Shown: positions 20,772 to 30,315 of the stretch, piece by piece
Layout of the letters: every line of letters begins with the position of its first letter
How positions within the stretch are numbered: position 1 is the stretch's first letter
Assembly: GCA_947571605.1 (NCBI GenBank)
Contig: CANOYV010000003.1
Span: 3,976 to 67,975, forward strand
Length of the DNA stretch: 64,000 bases
DNA from: an uncultured bacterium
GTDB lineage: Bacteria; Bacillota; Clostridia; Oscillospirales; Oscillospiraceae
Direction: 5' to 3'
Made by a program: the position numbers and the translations under genes
Notes under the pieces: generated by a model
What the model was told of the DNA's origin: nothing
Databases searched by the model: none
The model's input: only the letters and a program-made list of their open reading frames with translations

Positions 20772-21179
20772 TTACAGCCATGACAGGTCAGCCGCAGAAT
20801 ATCGCTTCACAATTTCCCGCTCCATGCGCTGGAACGCGGGGATATAGGTGTCAATGATGGTCAGCGCCAATCTCCGGGCGGCGTTTCCATCGTATATATG
20901 GCTCATATTATTGCGGTCACGGAGCATGGCAATCCAAACGTCCTCATCCACAAAGTCATAGACCTGAAACGCTACCTTTAAAATCTCCCGGGGGGAGCCG
21001 GATCTGGCCTCACTCCTGCCCTCGTATTGGAGCAGTTCCTTGAGCACCTTCCACCCCAGTTCAAATTGAATCATAAATTTGTCGATGATTCCGCCTATGA
21101 CAAACTCATTTTCCAGGTCCTGCTGGCCCGCCGTTGACAGAACTTCCAGATTGGCCCGGTAATGGTCAAGCTTTTTCAT
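20772..21179 (-). CDS. HEPN-domain toxin, HI0074/HepT family
   Basis: GIIDKFMIQFELGWKVLK and the RNNMSH R-x4-H motif; paired with an MNT gene. Confidence 0.82.
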   Translation of the reverse strand: MKKLDHYRANLEVLSTAGQQDLENEFVIGGIIDKFMIQFELGWKVLKELLQYEGRSEARSGSPREILKVAFQVYDFVDEDVWIAMLRDRNNMSHIYDGNAARRLALTIIDTYIPAFQRMEREIVKRYSAADLSWL

Positions 21180-21462
21180 AGAGAACCCGTCCCTCCTTTT
21201 GAATCGAAGCCAGCAGGTCTGGAGAGACATCCTGGCCCATGTCCACCACATCATACTTCAACAGAGTGGAGGTCTCCTCGTCAATGTCCGTCGCGAACCG
21301 TGCGACGCTGCCGCCCCAGACCGCCAGATCAATATCGCTGGCCCGGTGGTGGTCCCCCCTGGCGCGGGAGCCGAACAGAACCACTTTGTCCAGCTGATGC
21401 CGCTGCGCAAACCGGCAGATTTCCCTCTGCACCTGCTCTTTGATCCCGGTTCCGGCCAGCAT
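21166..21462 (-). CDS. Minimal nucleotidyltransferase antitoxin (MntA-like)
   Basis: LFGSRARGD...SDIDLAV motif; overlaps the HEPN gene. Confidence 0.85.
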   Translation of the reverse strand: MLAGTGIKEQVQREICRFAQRHQLDKVVLFGSRARGDHHRASDIDLAVWGGSVARFATDIDEETSTLLKYDVVDMGQDVSPDLLASIQKEGRVLYEKA

Positions 21463-21575
21463 ATATCCCACCTCTTTTAAAAAATATCTGTATTATTTTT
21501 AGTATAGCACAGCAGAGAAAAAAGTAAAAGGCAAATCGAACTGACACATGGGAGAATTTTGTTTTCCCGGGTGAA

Positions 21576-21612
21576 GAACCCCGGCTTCTGAACACAACAG
21601 AAGCCGGGGTTC
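21576..21612. terminator. Hairpin downstream of the recombinase
   Basis: Perfect 15-bp stem GAACCCCGGCTTCTG/CAGAAGCCGGGGTTC. Confidence 0.6.
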
Positions 21613-21618
21613 CTACGC

Positions 21619-23217
21619 TCACACCACCTCCCACCGCTGGATGGTGGTGGTGTATTCCTCCCGTTTGCCGCTGGTGGTGTACCAGATGCGGAAGGTTCCG
21701 GGCACAAACTTTACCCGCACGTTTATGTAGTCCTCAAACACCGTGACGCTCTCAATGACCTCCCGATAGACCTCCTCCGAGCCGTTCAGCCCCGCCCGGA
21801 TGGTGCGCACAATGTCCTCCAGCCCCGTTTTTTGACTCTCCAGAGTTTGGGCCGCCTCCGTAATTGCCAGGAGTTCCCGGTCGATGGCCGCCAGCTCCCG
21901 GTCATACCGTGAGCGCATGGTTTGTAGCTCCCCATCGGAGATTGTCCCGCTGAGAAAGGCGTCCAGGGCGTTTTCCCGCTTGCGCTCAATGGCCGTCCGC
22001 TTGGCTTGGAGGCGGTCTGCGCTCCCGCCGTCATCCGGGGCGCTTTGCAGCTTTTGGATATCGGCCAGCAGCTCGGCCACAATGGCGTCGCTGTCCAGCT
22101 CCAACTGCCCCAGCACAAAGGATACGATGGTGGTCAGGCTCTTGTCGTTCACCATCCGCATGTCGCAGCCCACGGCCTCCCCCCGGCTGTCCCGCTTCCA
22201 GTTCCCGTAGTGTACCCGGCTGTGACAGCCCCAAGCCATGTACAGATCGCCGTTGGGCCGCTTCCGCTTGCGCAGGGTGAAGCGGCTTCCGCAGGCCCCG
22301 CAAAGGATTTTCCCGGAGCACCAGTAGCGGTTGGAGTATTTGGACTTGTCCCCCTGCTTGGCACTGCGCAGGGCAAGCTCCCGCTGGGTAGCGTCCCAGG
22401 TCTCCCGGTCTATAATGGCCTCGTGGTGGTCCCGAAGCAGGATCTGCTTCTCCTGGCCTCGGTTGGGCACCTTCTTGTGGTCGAGAAAATCAGGGGTGAC
22501 GTTCTTCTTCTGGAGCAGATCGCCCACGTGCTTCTCGTTGTGCAGGATACGCAGGATCATCACGGAGGACCATTTCCCCGTGGCGGTTTTGGGCGGGTCA
22601 ATCCCAGCCTCGTACAGCTCCCGGGCGATGACGTGGGTGCCCTTTCCCTCGTTGAGAAACTTGTGGTAAATGAGCCGCACCACCTGGGCCTCCTCCGGCT
22701 TGACGAACAGCTTCCCGCCTCGGGTGTCAAAGCCGTAGGTGGAGTTGTTGCCGAACACCACCCCCGCCTCCATGCGGCGCTGCTGGCCCCACTTCACCCG
22801 CTGGGAGGTCTTGCGGGACTCCTCCTGGGCGATGCTGGCCATGATGGTTAGGCGCAGTTCCCCGTCATTCTCCCGCGTGTCGATGTTGTCATTGATGAAC
22901 AGAACCCCGACGCCCAGGCTTTTCAGTTTCCGGGTGTATTCCAGGGTGTCCACGGTGTTTCGGGCGAAACGGGACACCTCCTTGGTGAGGATCAGATCCA
23001 GCCCGCCTGTTTCGGCCTGGGCGATCATGCGGTTGAACGCCTCCCGCTTGCGGGTGCTGGTGCCGGAGATGCCCTCGTCGGCGTACACTGTGGTCAAAAT
23101 CCAATCTTGACGGGCCTGGATATATTGGGTAAAATAAGTCTGTTGGCTGTGCAGGGAATTCGCCTGATCCTCCCGGTCTGTAGACACGCGGCAGTAGGCC
23201 GCTACCCGCAGCGGCAT
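21619..23217 (-). CDS. Large serine recombinase (SpoIVCA/CisA-like integrase)
   Basis: Catalytic YCRVST, DEGISGT, KEVSRFARN; recombinase domain, Zn ribbon (CSGKILCGACG) and coiled coil; intact ORF with AGGAGG RBS. Confidence 0.93.
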   Translation of the reverse strand: MPLRVAAYCRVSTDREDQANSLHSQQTYFTQYIQARQDWILTTVYADEGISGTSTRKREAFNRMIAQAETGGLDLILTKEVSRFARNTVDTLEYTRKLKSLGVGVLFINDNIDTRENDGELRLTIMASIAQEESRKTSQRVKWGQQRRMEAGVVFGNNSTYGFDTRGGKLFVKPEEAQVVRLIYHKFLNEGKGTHVIARELYEAGIDPPKTATGKWSSVMILRILHNEKHVGDLLQKKNVTPDFLDHKKVPNRGQEKQILLRDHHEAIIDRETWDATQRELALRSAKQGDKSKYSNRYWCSGKILCGACGSRFTLRKRKRPNGDLYMAWGCHSRVHYGNWKRDSRGEAVGCDMRMVNDKSLTTIVSFVLGQLELDSDAIVAELLADIQKLQSAPDDGGSADRLQAKRTAIERKRENALDAFLSGTISDGELQTMRSRYDRELAAIDRELLAITEAAQTLESQKTGLEDIVRTIRAGLNGSEEVYREVIESVTVFEDYINVRVKFVPGTFRIWYTTSGKREEYTTTIQRWEVV

Positions 23218-23285
23218 GGCGTTCACCTCCTTCTTTTGAAATGGGGTGGGCGCGGGCCAGGGTTTGACACCGCGCCCACGGTTGG

Positions 23286-23417
23286 TCAGGCCCGCTGGAG
23301 ACGCATCAGTTGCTCAAACTGGGCCTGGGTGATGTGGTGCTGGCGGTAGAGTTCGCGGATGAGGCCCTGCTTGATGAGGCTGCCCAGGCCGCTGCTTTCA
23401 TGGTTTTGTTGACGCAT
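23286..23417 (-). CDS. 43-aa protein upstream of the recombinase (candidate directionality factor, SHOCT-like)
   Basis: MRQQNHESSGLGSLIKQGLIRELYRQHHITQAQFEQLMRLQRA; co-oriented with the recombinase. Confidence 0.55.
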   Translation of the reverse strand: MRQQNHESSGLGSLIKQGLIRELYRQHHITQAQFEQLMRLQRA

Positions 23418-23510
23418 AGTTGCCCTTCTTTCCATATATTTACAGAAATAATATATACTCCTGGCCACTGTTTTAGCACCCGACGAGCTTGTAAACAGCT
23501 CCTCAGTGTG

Positions 23511-25136
23511 TTAGAATTGGGGCAAAAGGCGAATGCCGCGATATCCCCGCTGATCCTTGCCACCAATGCGCGGTTGCCAAGATACCTGCGGCCTTTGCTT
23601 CATCTGCTCTTTGAGCTTCCGCGAAAAATCAATTTGCGAAATCGGAGCCGATTCATTATAAGTGCAATACGCCTCAAACAACGCTTGGGTTGTCGTTTCA
23701 GATCCCGGCGCAAATTCACAACACTCCTCCAGGAAACGCCCAACCGAGCGGTAGCCGCTGCGGGCGTCCTGCGGCGCGTATTCCGCAGGAATTGGTACTC
23801 TGGTCAACTCAAACCCATTTTGTTCCAGCCGGTAATACGCCTCAATAGCCTCCCCGACAATATATGGAGCCTCATCCAGCAAATCTTTGTACAATTCCTG
23901 CCGCATTTCCCGTTCCCCGACAGGGTTTTGAAAATAAATTGTGACCATTCGATTGAGGAGCGCTGCTTCACGTTCGAGCTTTGGTATGCGCAGAGGGTGA
24001 TTCCCTGCCATCAAGAGCAGGGGTTTACTGTGGTAGGTACGCGAGTTCTCGTATTTGCGCTCCGCCTTGATTGCGTCATCCCCCACAAGCTGCTTGACAA
24101 TCCCAACAGCCCGAGGTGGAAGTACAGAATCCGGCAAATCCAGGCAAAGCGCCAGCATTTTTCCCTCCAGACTGCCGATTGTCCACCGATCACCAAAATC
24201 GTGGACATCACGGACACACATCGTTTGCTCCTGGCCCACCAGTTCCTCTAAAAAACGTCCAAACTGGGTTTTGCCCGTGTTGCTGGGGCCGACAAGCACA
24301 AAAAAGTGCTTGAGCGGTCTGCACAGAATGGTCAGGGCAACAAGCTGGAGCAGTTGCTCCCGCACATCCGGGTTCTCGCCTGAGATATGCGACACAAAAT
24401 CCTCAAAAATTCGTCCAGAACAACGTGGAACGTCTTTGAATTTGACGTTTATTGCTGAAAAGAAGTTGTCGCGAGGGTCATGGGGAAGAAATCGCCCGCT
24501 CGCAATATCGAAGGCCCCATCCAAAAAGTTGATTTTGCCAGCCGCCGGAGTGACTTCTCCTGTCAGGCACAGCACGCTTGGATCGCCGAGGAGCCCCTTT
24601 CGTAGCTGCTCATACTCCCTGTTTGTCAGGCAGTATCCCTGGTTATGTGACTCTATGAGCGCCCGAATTTCTCGCTCGGCTTCCAGGTCGGACAGTTTTC
24701 TCCAGCAGGGTGGGTAATAGACACATAGTTGGTCGCCAAGGAGTATAAAGCGTTGCGATTGGGCAACAAACTTCTGTAGCGCCACCAAATCCACTCGATC
24801 CCTGCGTTTCCCCAAGCCCTTGGAAATATCTGGGATTTTAGGTTTGGCGCTGTCTGGGAGTTCAAACCCATTTACGTCCCTTGCCCAGGCATCCACGGAA
24901 ATGTCCGGCTCCAACTCCACGTTTCCCTTGAACGGCAGCTCCCAAGGGGTGAATTCACTGTCCTCGGGCAGGTCAAATTCGCCCTCCGGCTGCCACCCTC
25001 CGACAAGGAAGGGCGGCGAGCCGAAATCTGGCGCAAGTGGCAACGAATCCAGGGCAGGCTCCTCCAAGTCCACCTCACCCCTCGGACAAGGGATTGGACC
25101 CGGCTCAAAAATGAATGACAGGTTCACAAACGGCAC
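23511..25136 (-). CDS. Phage/plasmid P4-family D5-like SF3 helicase
   Basis: INFLDGAFD, Walker A GPSNTGKT, KQLVGDDAIKAERKY, LLMAGNH; start uncertain; no primase domain recognised. Confidence 0.8.
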   Translation of the reverse strand: MPFVNLSFIFEPGPIPCPRGEVDLEEPALDSLPLAPDFGSPPFLVGGWQPEGEFDLPEDSEFTPWELPFKGNVELEPDISVDAWARDVNGFELPDSAKPKIPDISKGLGKRRDRVDLVALQKFVAQSQRFILLGDQLCVYYPPCWRKLSDLEAEREIRALIESHNQGYCLTNREYEQLRKGLLGDPSVLCLTGEVTPAAGKINFLDGAFDIASGRFLPHDPRDNFFSAINVKFKDVPRCSGRIFEDFVSHISGENPDVREQLLQLVALTILCRPLKHFFVLVGPSNTGKTQFGRFLEELVGQEQTMCVRDVHDFGDRWTIGSLEGKMLALCLDLPDSVLPPRAVGIVKQLVGDDAIKAERKYENSRTYHSKPLLLMAGNHPLRIPKLEREAALLNRMVTIYFQNPVGEREMRQELYKDLLDEAPYIVGEAIEAYYRLEQNGFELTRVPIPAEYAPQDARSGYRSVGRFLEECCEFAPGSETTTQALFEAYCTYNESAPISQIDFSRKLKEQMKQRPQVSWQPRIGGKDQRGYRGIRLLPQF

Positions 25137-25632
25137 CTCTTTCCTGTCCCATCAGTTGCGCTTCCAGTGTCCAAAGCCTGATGAGCTGCCTTGAGCAATC
25201 CCACAGTATAGCACTAGACGGCCCATCCTCACCTTCACCGAAGACCGTTTTGATCTCAACGAGTTTTGGGTCAGAGCTAACTGCTTGGTCGGCAATGACG
25301 ATAATCTGCCCGCACAGTTGTTCGCGGTCAGACGCAAGCAGCGGGGTACCGTTCTCGTCCAAGAGAACGACGCGGACACGGTTGGGCCGTTCGCCCTTAT
25401 TGTCCAGTAGCATGAAGCCCCGGAAGCTGTCCTTGGTGAACATGATCTGCTGCCCGTTAACTGTGCGCAAGGAAATAAAAAGATCGGTGAGGATCGCCCG
25501 CCGCCGCTGGGTGTAGAGCGTGGGCAGGTTCTCCCAGTCTGGCTCTCGCTTCACACCGAAGCAGTTGGGATATCCCAGGTTCAGGTTCTCAAAAAGCTCG
25601 TTGAGCAGGGTCGTGGTTTGGAAATTTTTCAT
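25105..25632 (-). CDS. Hypothetical protein
   Basis: 175-aa ORF with GAGGAGG RBS; overlaps the helicase start. Confidence 0.6.
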   Translation of the reverse strand: MKNFQTTTLLNELFENLNLGYPNCFGVKREPDWENLPTLYTQRRRAILTDLFISLRTVNGQQIMFTKDSFRGFMLLDNKGERPNRVRVVLLDENGTPLLASDREQLCGQIIVIADQAVSSDPKLVEIKTVFGEGEDGPSSAILWDCSRQLIRLWTLEAQLMGQERGAVCEPVIHF

Positions 25633-25769
25633 AACAAGCTCCTCCTCGTCGATTGTGTGTTTGCTCGGCGCCGTTCGCATTTTCAGTGTAGCACGTCCCC
25701 TGGTGTGCTTGTAGGGGGGGATTAAAAAAACTTTTTCCCCCTCCCCCCCAGTGTCAATAGGCACCACAA

Positions 25770-25822
25770 AAAATATCGGAGGTATTGGGAAGCCAATCAT
25801 TTCCCAATACCTCCGATATTTT
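25770..25822. terminator. Perfect 22-bp hairpin after the low-GC ORF
   Basis: AAAATATCGGAGGTATTGGGAA-N9-TTCCCAATACCTCCGATATTTT. Confidence 0.6.
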
Positions 25823-26929
25823 ACCTAAACCAATTATTCAAAACTCTTGTATCCATTTTGCTTTCAAGCTCTTTCTGAACTTCCTCAATTCTTTCATCCG
25901 TTAATGGACTACCCCCATCTTCCGCAGTTCCCGCCTCCACTGTGCCTTTTGCGTTATCGGCATTCTGTAAAACCTCTTTCAGCGTCTTTTCAATTATTTT
26001 GATAACCAAGCCATCTTTCCCATGCCCTGCCGCCCCCATGCTCTCTACTTCTTCCACAGCCGCAGGGTCAACGCCATACCTCTCAAAGCATTCCTTTTCA
26101 ATTTCCGCTTTGCGCTTTTCTATTTGTAGACGCACTTTCGCAGCCTCATTCACACTGCCTATCGTTCCATTCTCCAACTTTGACAACTTTTTCTCCAACT
26201 CGCGAAGCGTCTCGTCCTGCATATCTCCGATAGTTTTATCTTCCATTTCTTTTATAGCGCTCCAATATTCAGGCGGTGCGCAATCGCCCATTTTTATCCC
26301 ATGGTCAATCAAAATCTCGTTCAGGCTCTCGCTTGCCTCGCCCATCGCATCATTCCACTGCTCACAAAATGTATCCAGCAGCTTACCCAGCGAATAATTG
26401 ATCGCGGAGATCATATCCAGCCTATTGTTAGCATTGAAGCAGGGCGTCCCTTGTATTTGAGAAAACAGCCGACACAGTTTACTGCGTGACGAATTCAGGA
26501 CATTGTCAATATCCCGTCTATAGAGCCAGCCTGTTCGCTGCCTGTATGCAACGATTTGATTCTCAATGCTCTCAGAATCTTTTTCCGCGTTTTTCATGCA
26601 TCCGCATATGAATTCCTCTAACTGTTTAAATTCAGTAATTGGCACCCTATCGAACTGTCCTTTACGCAATTCCCGGAATGGGGTATCCGACGCATTGAGT
26701 AGGAATCTATGTAGGTACATACTCTCTTTTTCTGCAAAGCAATAATAACCCCTGTTATCAAGAAAGCTTTTCTTATCTAAACCAATCACCTTGCAAAGCG
26801 AAAAAATATTTCGCGGTATTCTTTTTTTGCATTCTCAAGATCCGGATCGTTTTTATGCTTCCCATGCTCCTTTTTTCGTGTATACACCCGTTCTATAATA
26901 GAACTCAGGCTTTCGTACTCCTCACCCAT
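25821..26929 (-). pseudogene. Low-GC hypothetical protein split into 47-aa and 322-aa ORFs (possible 1-bp deletion near 26788)
   Basis: ORF 26786-26929 has a good RBS and overlaps ORF 25821-26789; the peptides read on if one base is added (FRFA-K-VIGLDKK). Confidence 0.45.
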
Positions 26930-27141
26930 ATGAATACCCTCCCATTCAAAAATCTCAATTAAAGGATGCACACAAAAATTATACATGGCAGAAGTATAAT
27001 GTCAACCCAAATCAACTCATTCTTGGGCAGATGGGCGGATGGGCACCGCGAAAATGGCTTAAATCATAGCAGCATAGATGCCAAATATCCAATGCAAAGA
27101 CAGAGTTTTTATCCGCCCATCTGCCCATCCGCCCCACAGTA

Positions 27142-27348
27142 CTATAATTTTTCTGTAAATGCCCGCAGGCTGTCTTTAGTCACCCTCCACTGCTTCCCCA
27201 CCCGGAACCCCTTCAATTCCCCCGAGTTGAGCAGCCCGTACAGCGTGTTCTTTCCGATATACAGCAAGTCCATGACCTCTCTGGGCGTCAGGTACTCGCT
27301 GATGGGCTCCCGCTCGTCCAAACCCTCATAATCATCATAATCGTACAT
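27142..27348 (-). CDS. Excisionase-like helix-turn-helix protein
   Basis: YLTPREVMDLLYIGKNTLYGLLNSGELKGFRVGKQWRV is a typical Xis/HTH_17 pattern. Confidence 0.8.
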   Translation of the reverse strand: MYDYDDYEGLDEREPISEYLTPREVMDLLYIGKNTLYGLLNSGELKGFRVGKQWRVTKDSLRAFTEKL

Positions 27349-27573
27349 GGTTTTACTCCTTTCCGGCCCAATTGGGGCCTTATGAGTTTGTTTGACGTTA
27401 TCCTGGTATTCCCAAACGATACATTATTTAAGAGAACATCCGCATAACCCGGCGTTTCCTTACGCTTACGGGTTCTGCGGATGTTTTTATTTCTTGCGGA
27501 AAAACCGGGGAAAACGCCTGAAAATCCAAAAATCAGCCGCGATTTTTCCCAAAAATTGAAAGGAGGAACCCCC

Positions 27574-27657
27574 ATGCTGTACCTGTTCCTGTCCGCCCTC
27601 CGCGCCGTCTTATACGAAGTGGCGGTCTGTCTGCTCCGCGGCGTCTGCTGCGCGTAG
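27574..27657 (+). CDS. 27-aa hydrophobic peptide
   Basis: MLYLFLSALRAVLYEVAVCLLRGVCCA; strong AAGGAGG RBS. Confidence 0.45.
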   Translation: MLYLFLSALRAVLYEVAVCLLRGVCCA

Positions 27658-27792
27658 CAACACCTATCACCCGGAAAGGAGCGCGATCCCCAATGATGAA
27701 CTGAGCAACGATATCCTGAGCCTTTTGGCCGCCGCTGTGGCCGCCGGTCTGTGCGCGGCCATCGACTACATTTTAGAGGAGGAAACAGACTG

Positions 27793-28904
27793 ATGACAGA
27801 AACCTTTATTTGCTCTGCCTGTGGAGAGGTCCACCCGCTGGAGGATCGGACGGTGGTGGACGGCCAGGAGTTCTGCCGCCCCTGCCTGGAGGAGGAAACC
27901 GTTGTGTGCCACGAGTGCGGCCGGCACATCCTGCGGGAGGACAACGCGGGGGACGATACCACGCCCCTGTGCCAGAACTGCTATGACCGCTATTACACCA
28001 ACTGCACCCGCTGCGGGGCGCTACTGGAGCTGGACCGCGCCTACTACCTCAGCGATGACGCGGACGAGGAGGAGCCGTTATGTCACGGCTGCTATGCGCT
28101 GCGTACCGATCCCGGGGAAATCCACAGCTATTACTACAAGCCGGACCCCATTTTCTATGGGGAAGGGGCACGCTATTTCAGCGTGGAGCTGGAAATCGAC
28201 GGGGCGGGGGAGCGCAGCGACCGGGCGTGGCAGTTGGTGAACGCGGCTAACAGCAACGGTTTGGAGCACATCTACATCAAGCATGACGGTTCCCTGGAGG
28301 ACGGCATGGAGATTGTTACCCACCCTATGACCCTGGGCTATCACCTCGCCGAGATGCCCTGGGGCGCGGTGGTGGCCGAGGCCGTCCGCATGGGCTACAC
28401 CAGCCATAAAGCCTGTACCTGCGGCCTCCATGTCCACGTCAATCGCTCGGCCTTTGGCCTGTCCGAGGAGGCCCAGGAGGCGGTGATCGCCCGCATCCTG
28501 TTCTTTGTGGAGAACCATTGGAACGAGCTGCTGCGGTTCAGCCGCCGCACCCGAGACCAGATGGAGCAGTGGGCGGCCCGGTATGGCTGGAAGGACAACC
28601 CCAAGGCGGTGCTGGACAGCGCCAAAAAGGAGCACTACCAACGGTACAAATGGTGAACCTGACCAATTATGATACCATAGAGTTTCGGATGTTCCGGGGG
28701 ACGCTGAAGCTCAATACCCTGATTGCCACCTTGCAGATGGTTGACCGCATCTGTGAGGTGGCTTTGTATTTGTCCGACCAGGAGATGCAGGGCCTGACCT
28801 GGACGGATTTTGTGTCCGGCTGTACCGCCCCGGAGCTGGTGCAGTACCTCAAGGAGCGGCGGCTCTACATCAACGAGCCGGTGGCCGTCCCCGAGGAGGT
28901 GTGA
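27793..28904 (+). pseudogene. Zn-finger-rich putative amidoligase (COOH-NH2 ligase type 2), frameshifted near 28651
   Basis: Multiple CxxC motifs, VELEID, KHDGSL, MEIVTHP, CGLHVHV; C-terminal TIEFRMFRGT lies in another frame (28518-28904 ORF). Confidence 0.78.
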
Positions 28905-28906
28905 CC

Positions 28907-29863
28907 ATGTGCGCCATTTTCGGAGTGCTGGACTATCAGGGAAAGCTGACCCCGCCCCAGCGGATCGGGCTGTTTCGGGCGCTGGCGGATGCCGCCCAGG
29001 CGAGGGGCACCGATGCCAGCGGGGTGGCCTATATTCATAACGGGGTCGTGCAGATTCAGAAAGCCCCCCGGCCCGCCTGTAGAATGCGCTGGCGCATTCC
29101 TTCCCAGGCCCGGTATCTCATGGGCCACACCCGCATGACCACCCAGGGGGCGGCATCCAGGAACTACAACAACCACCCCTTTCCCGGCAGGGCCGGAACC
29201 CAGCCCTTTGCCCTGGCCCACAACGGGGTAATCTATAACGATGTGGAGCTGCGGCGCAACCACCGTCTTCCGCCCACCGGGATTGAGACGGACAGCTATG
29301 TGGCGGTACAGCTTTTGGAGAAGGCCGGGAAGCTGTGCCCGGACAGCCTGTGCCGGATGGCGGAGCAGTTGGAGGGCAGCTTCACTCTCACGGTGCTGGA
29401 CGTGGAAAACACCCTGTACCTGATCCGGGGAAACAACCCCCTGTCTGTCCGGCTGTTCCCCAGCCTGGGGTGTTACCTCTACGCCTCCACCGATGAAATC
29501 CTCAACATGGCGCTGGCCGCGCTGGGGATTTCCAAGCTGGCCTACACCGATATCCCCATTGGCCAGGGGGACGTGGTGGCAATCAACCCCCAGGGGCGGC
29601 GTACTGTCACCCGATTTGACGATACCAAACTGCGGCCTCAGCGATACTTCTCCGATTGGGGCTGGTATGAACCCGCCAAGGAACCAGATGACTATATGGA
29701 AACCCTGATGGAATACGGCAAACGTCATGGGGTGCCGGAACGGGAACTGCGGCTCCTGATTAACGCCGGGTACGACGCGATGGACCTGGAGGAGATGATC
29801 TACGACAAGCAGTTTCGGGCGTACTGCCTCCGGGAGATCCTGGCGGAGTACGGGGTGCGCTGA
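28907..29863 (+). CDS. Class II (Ntn) glutamine amidotransferase-like protein
   Basis: N-terminal MC, RGTDASG, GHTRMTTQG, NNHPF, AHNGVIYN, TDS motifs. Confidence 0.85.
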   Translation: MCAIFGVLDYQGKLTPPQRIGLFRALADAAQARGTDASGVAYIHNGVVQIQKAPRPACRMRWRIPSQARYLMGHTRMTTQGAASRNYNNHPFPGRAGTQPFALAHNGVIYNDVELRRNHRLPPTGIETDSYVAVQLLEKAGKLCPDSLCRMAEQLEGSFTLTVLDVENTLYLIRGNNPLSVRLFPSLGCYLYASTDEILNMALAALGISKLAYTDIPIGQGDVVAINPQGRRTVTRFDDTKLRPQRYFSDWGWYEPAKEPDDYMETLMEYGKRHGVPERELRLLINAGYDAMDLEEMIYDKQFRAYCLREILAEYGVR

Positions 29864-29976
29864 GTGTGCCGCTGGGGTATACCCTAACGGCGCAGTGGAA
29901 AAGTATAGCAATAGGGCCGGTTTCCGGGTTTTGGCATATGCCACGCCCAGAACCGGCCCTATTGGCACCAATCTGT

Positions 29977-30315
29977 TTATTTCTGTTCTGCCAGGTGCGC
30001 CGCCAAATCCTGGCCCCTGGTACAGATGGCCCGGATAAAGACCTGTCGCCCGTCCTCGTCCACACTGTACAGCACCACATCATTCCGGGTGACATACTGC
30101 CGCACACCCCGCCCTGCCCACGGCTCCAGATGATAGGGCTGATACTTGAACGGGAAAGTGGCAAGCTGTTTCTGAATCTCAAATTTCAGCCGAAAATACC
30201 ACTCCTCAGCCAAATCTGGATCATGAAACTGGGCCGCAATATAGTCCGCCTTTTCCTCAATGTCCTGTATGGCGCTTTCGGTGTAGACAATCTTATACTG
30301 CGGTATCTGTGCCGT
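29977..30315 (-). pseudogene. RelE/ParE-family toxin with ACG in place of a start codon
   Basis: Open frame 30315-29977 (AQIPQYKIVYTESAIQDIEEKADYIA...VLYSVDEDGRQVFIRAI); begins ACG, overlapping the antitoxin 3' end. Confidence 0.68.

Noticed and set aside
23418-23510. SigE/SigK promoter upstream of the small ORF and integrase
   Set aside because: Only a weak GTATATTAT match with no clear -35; not enough to call, though TSS mapping would decide.
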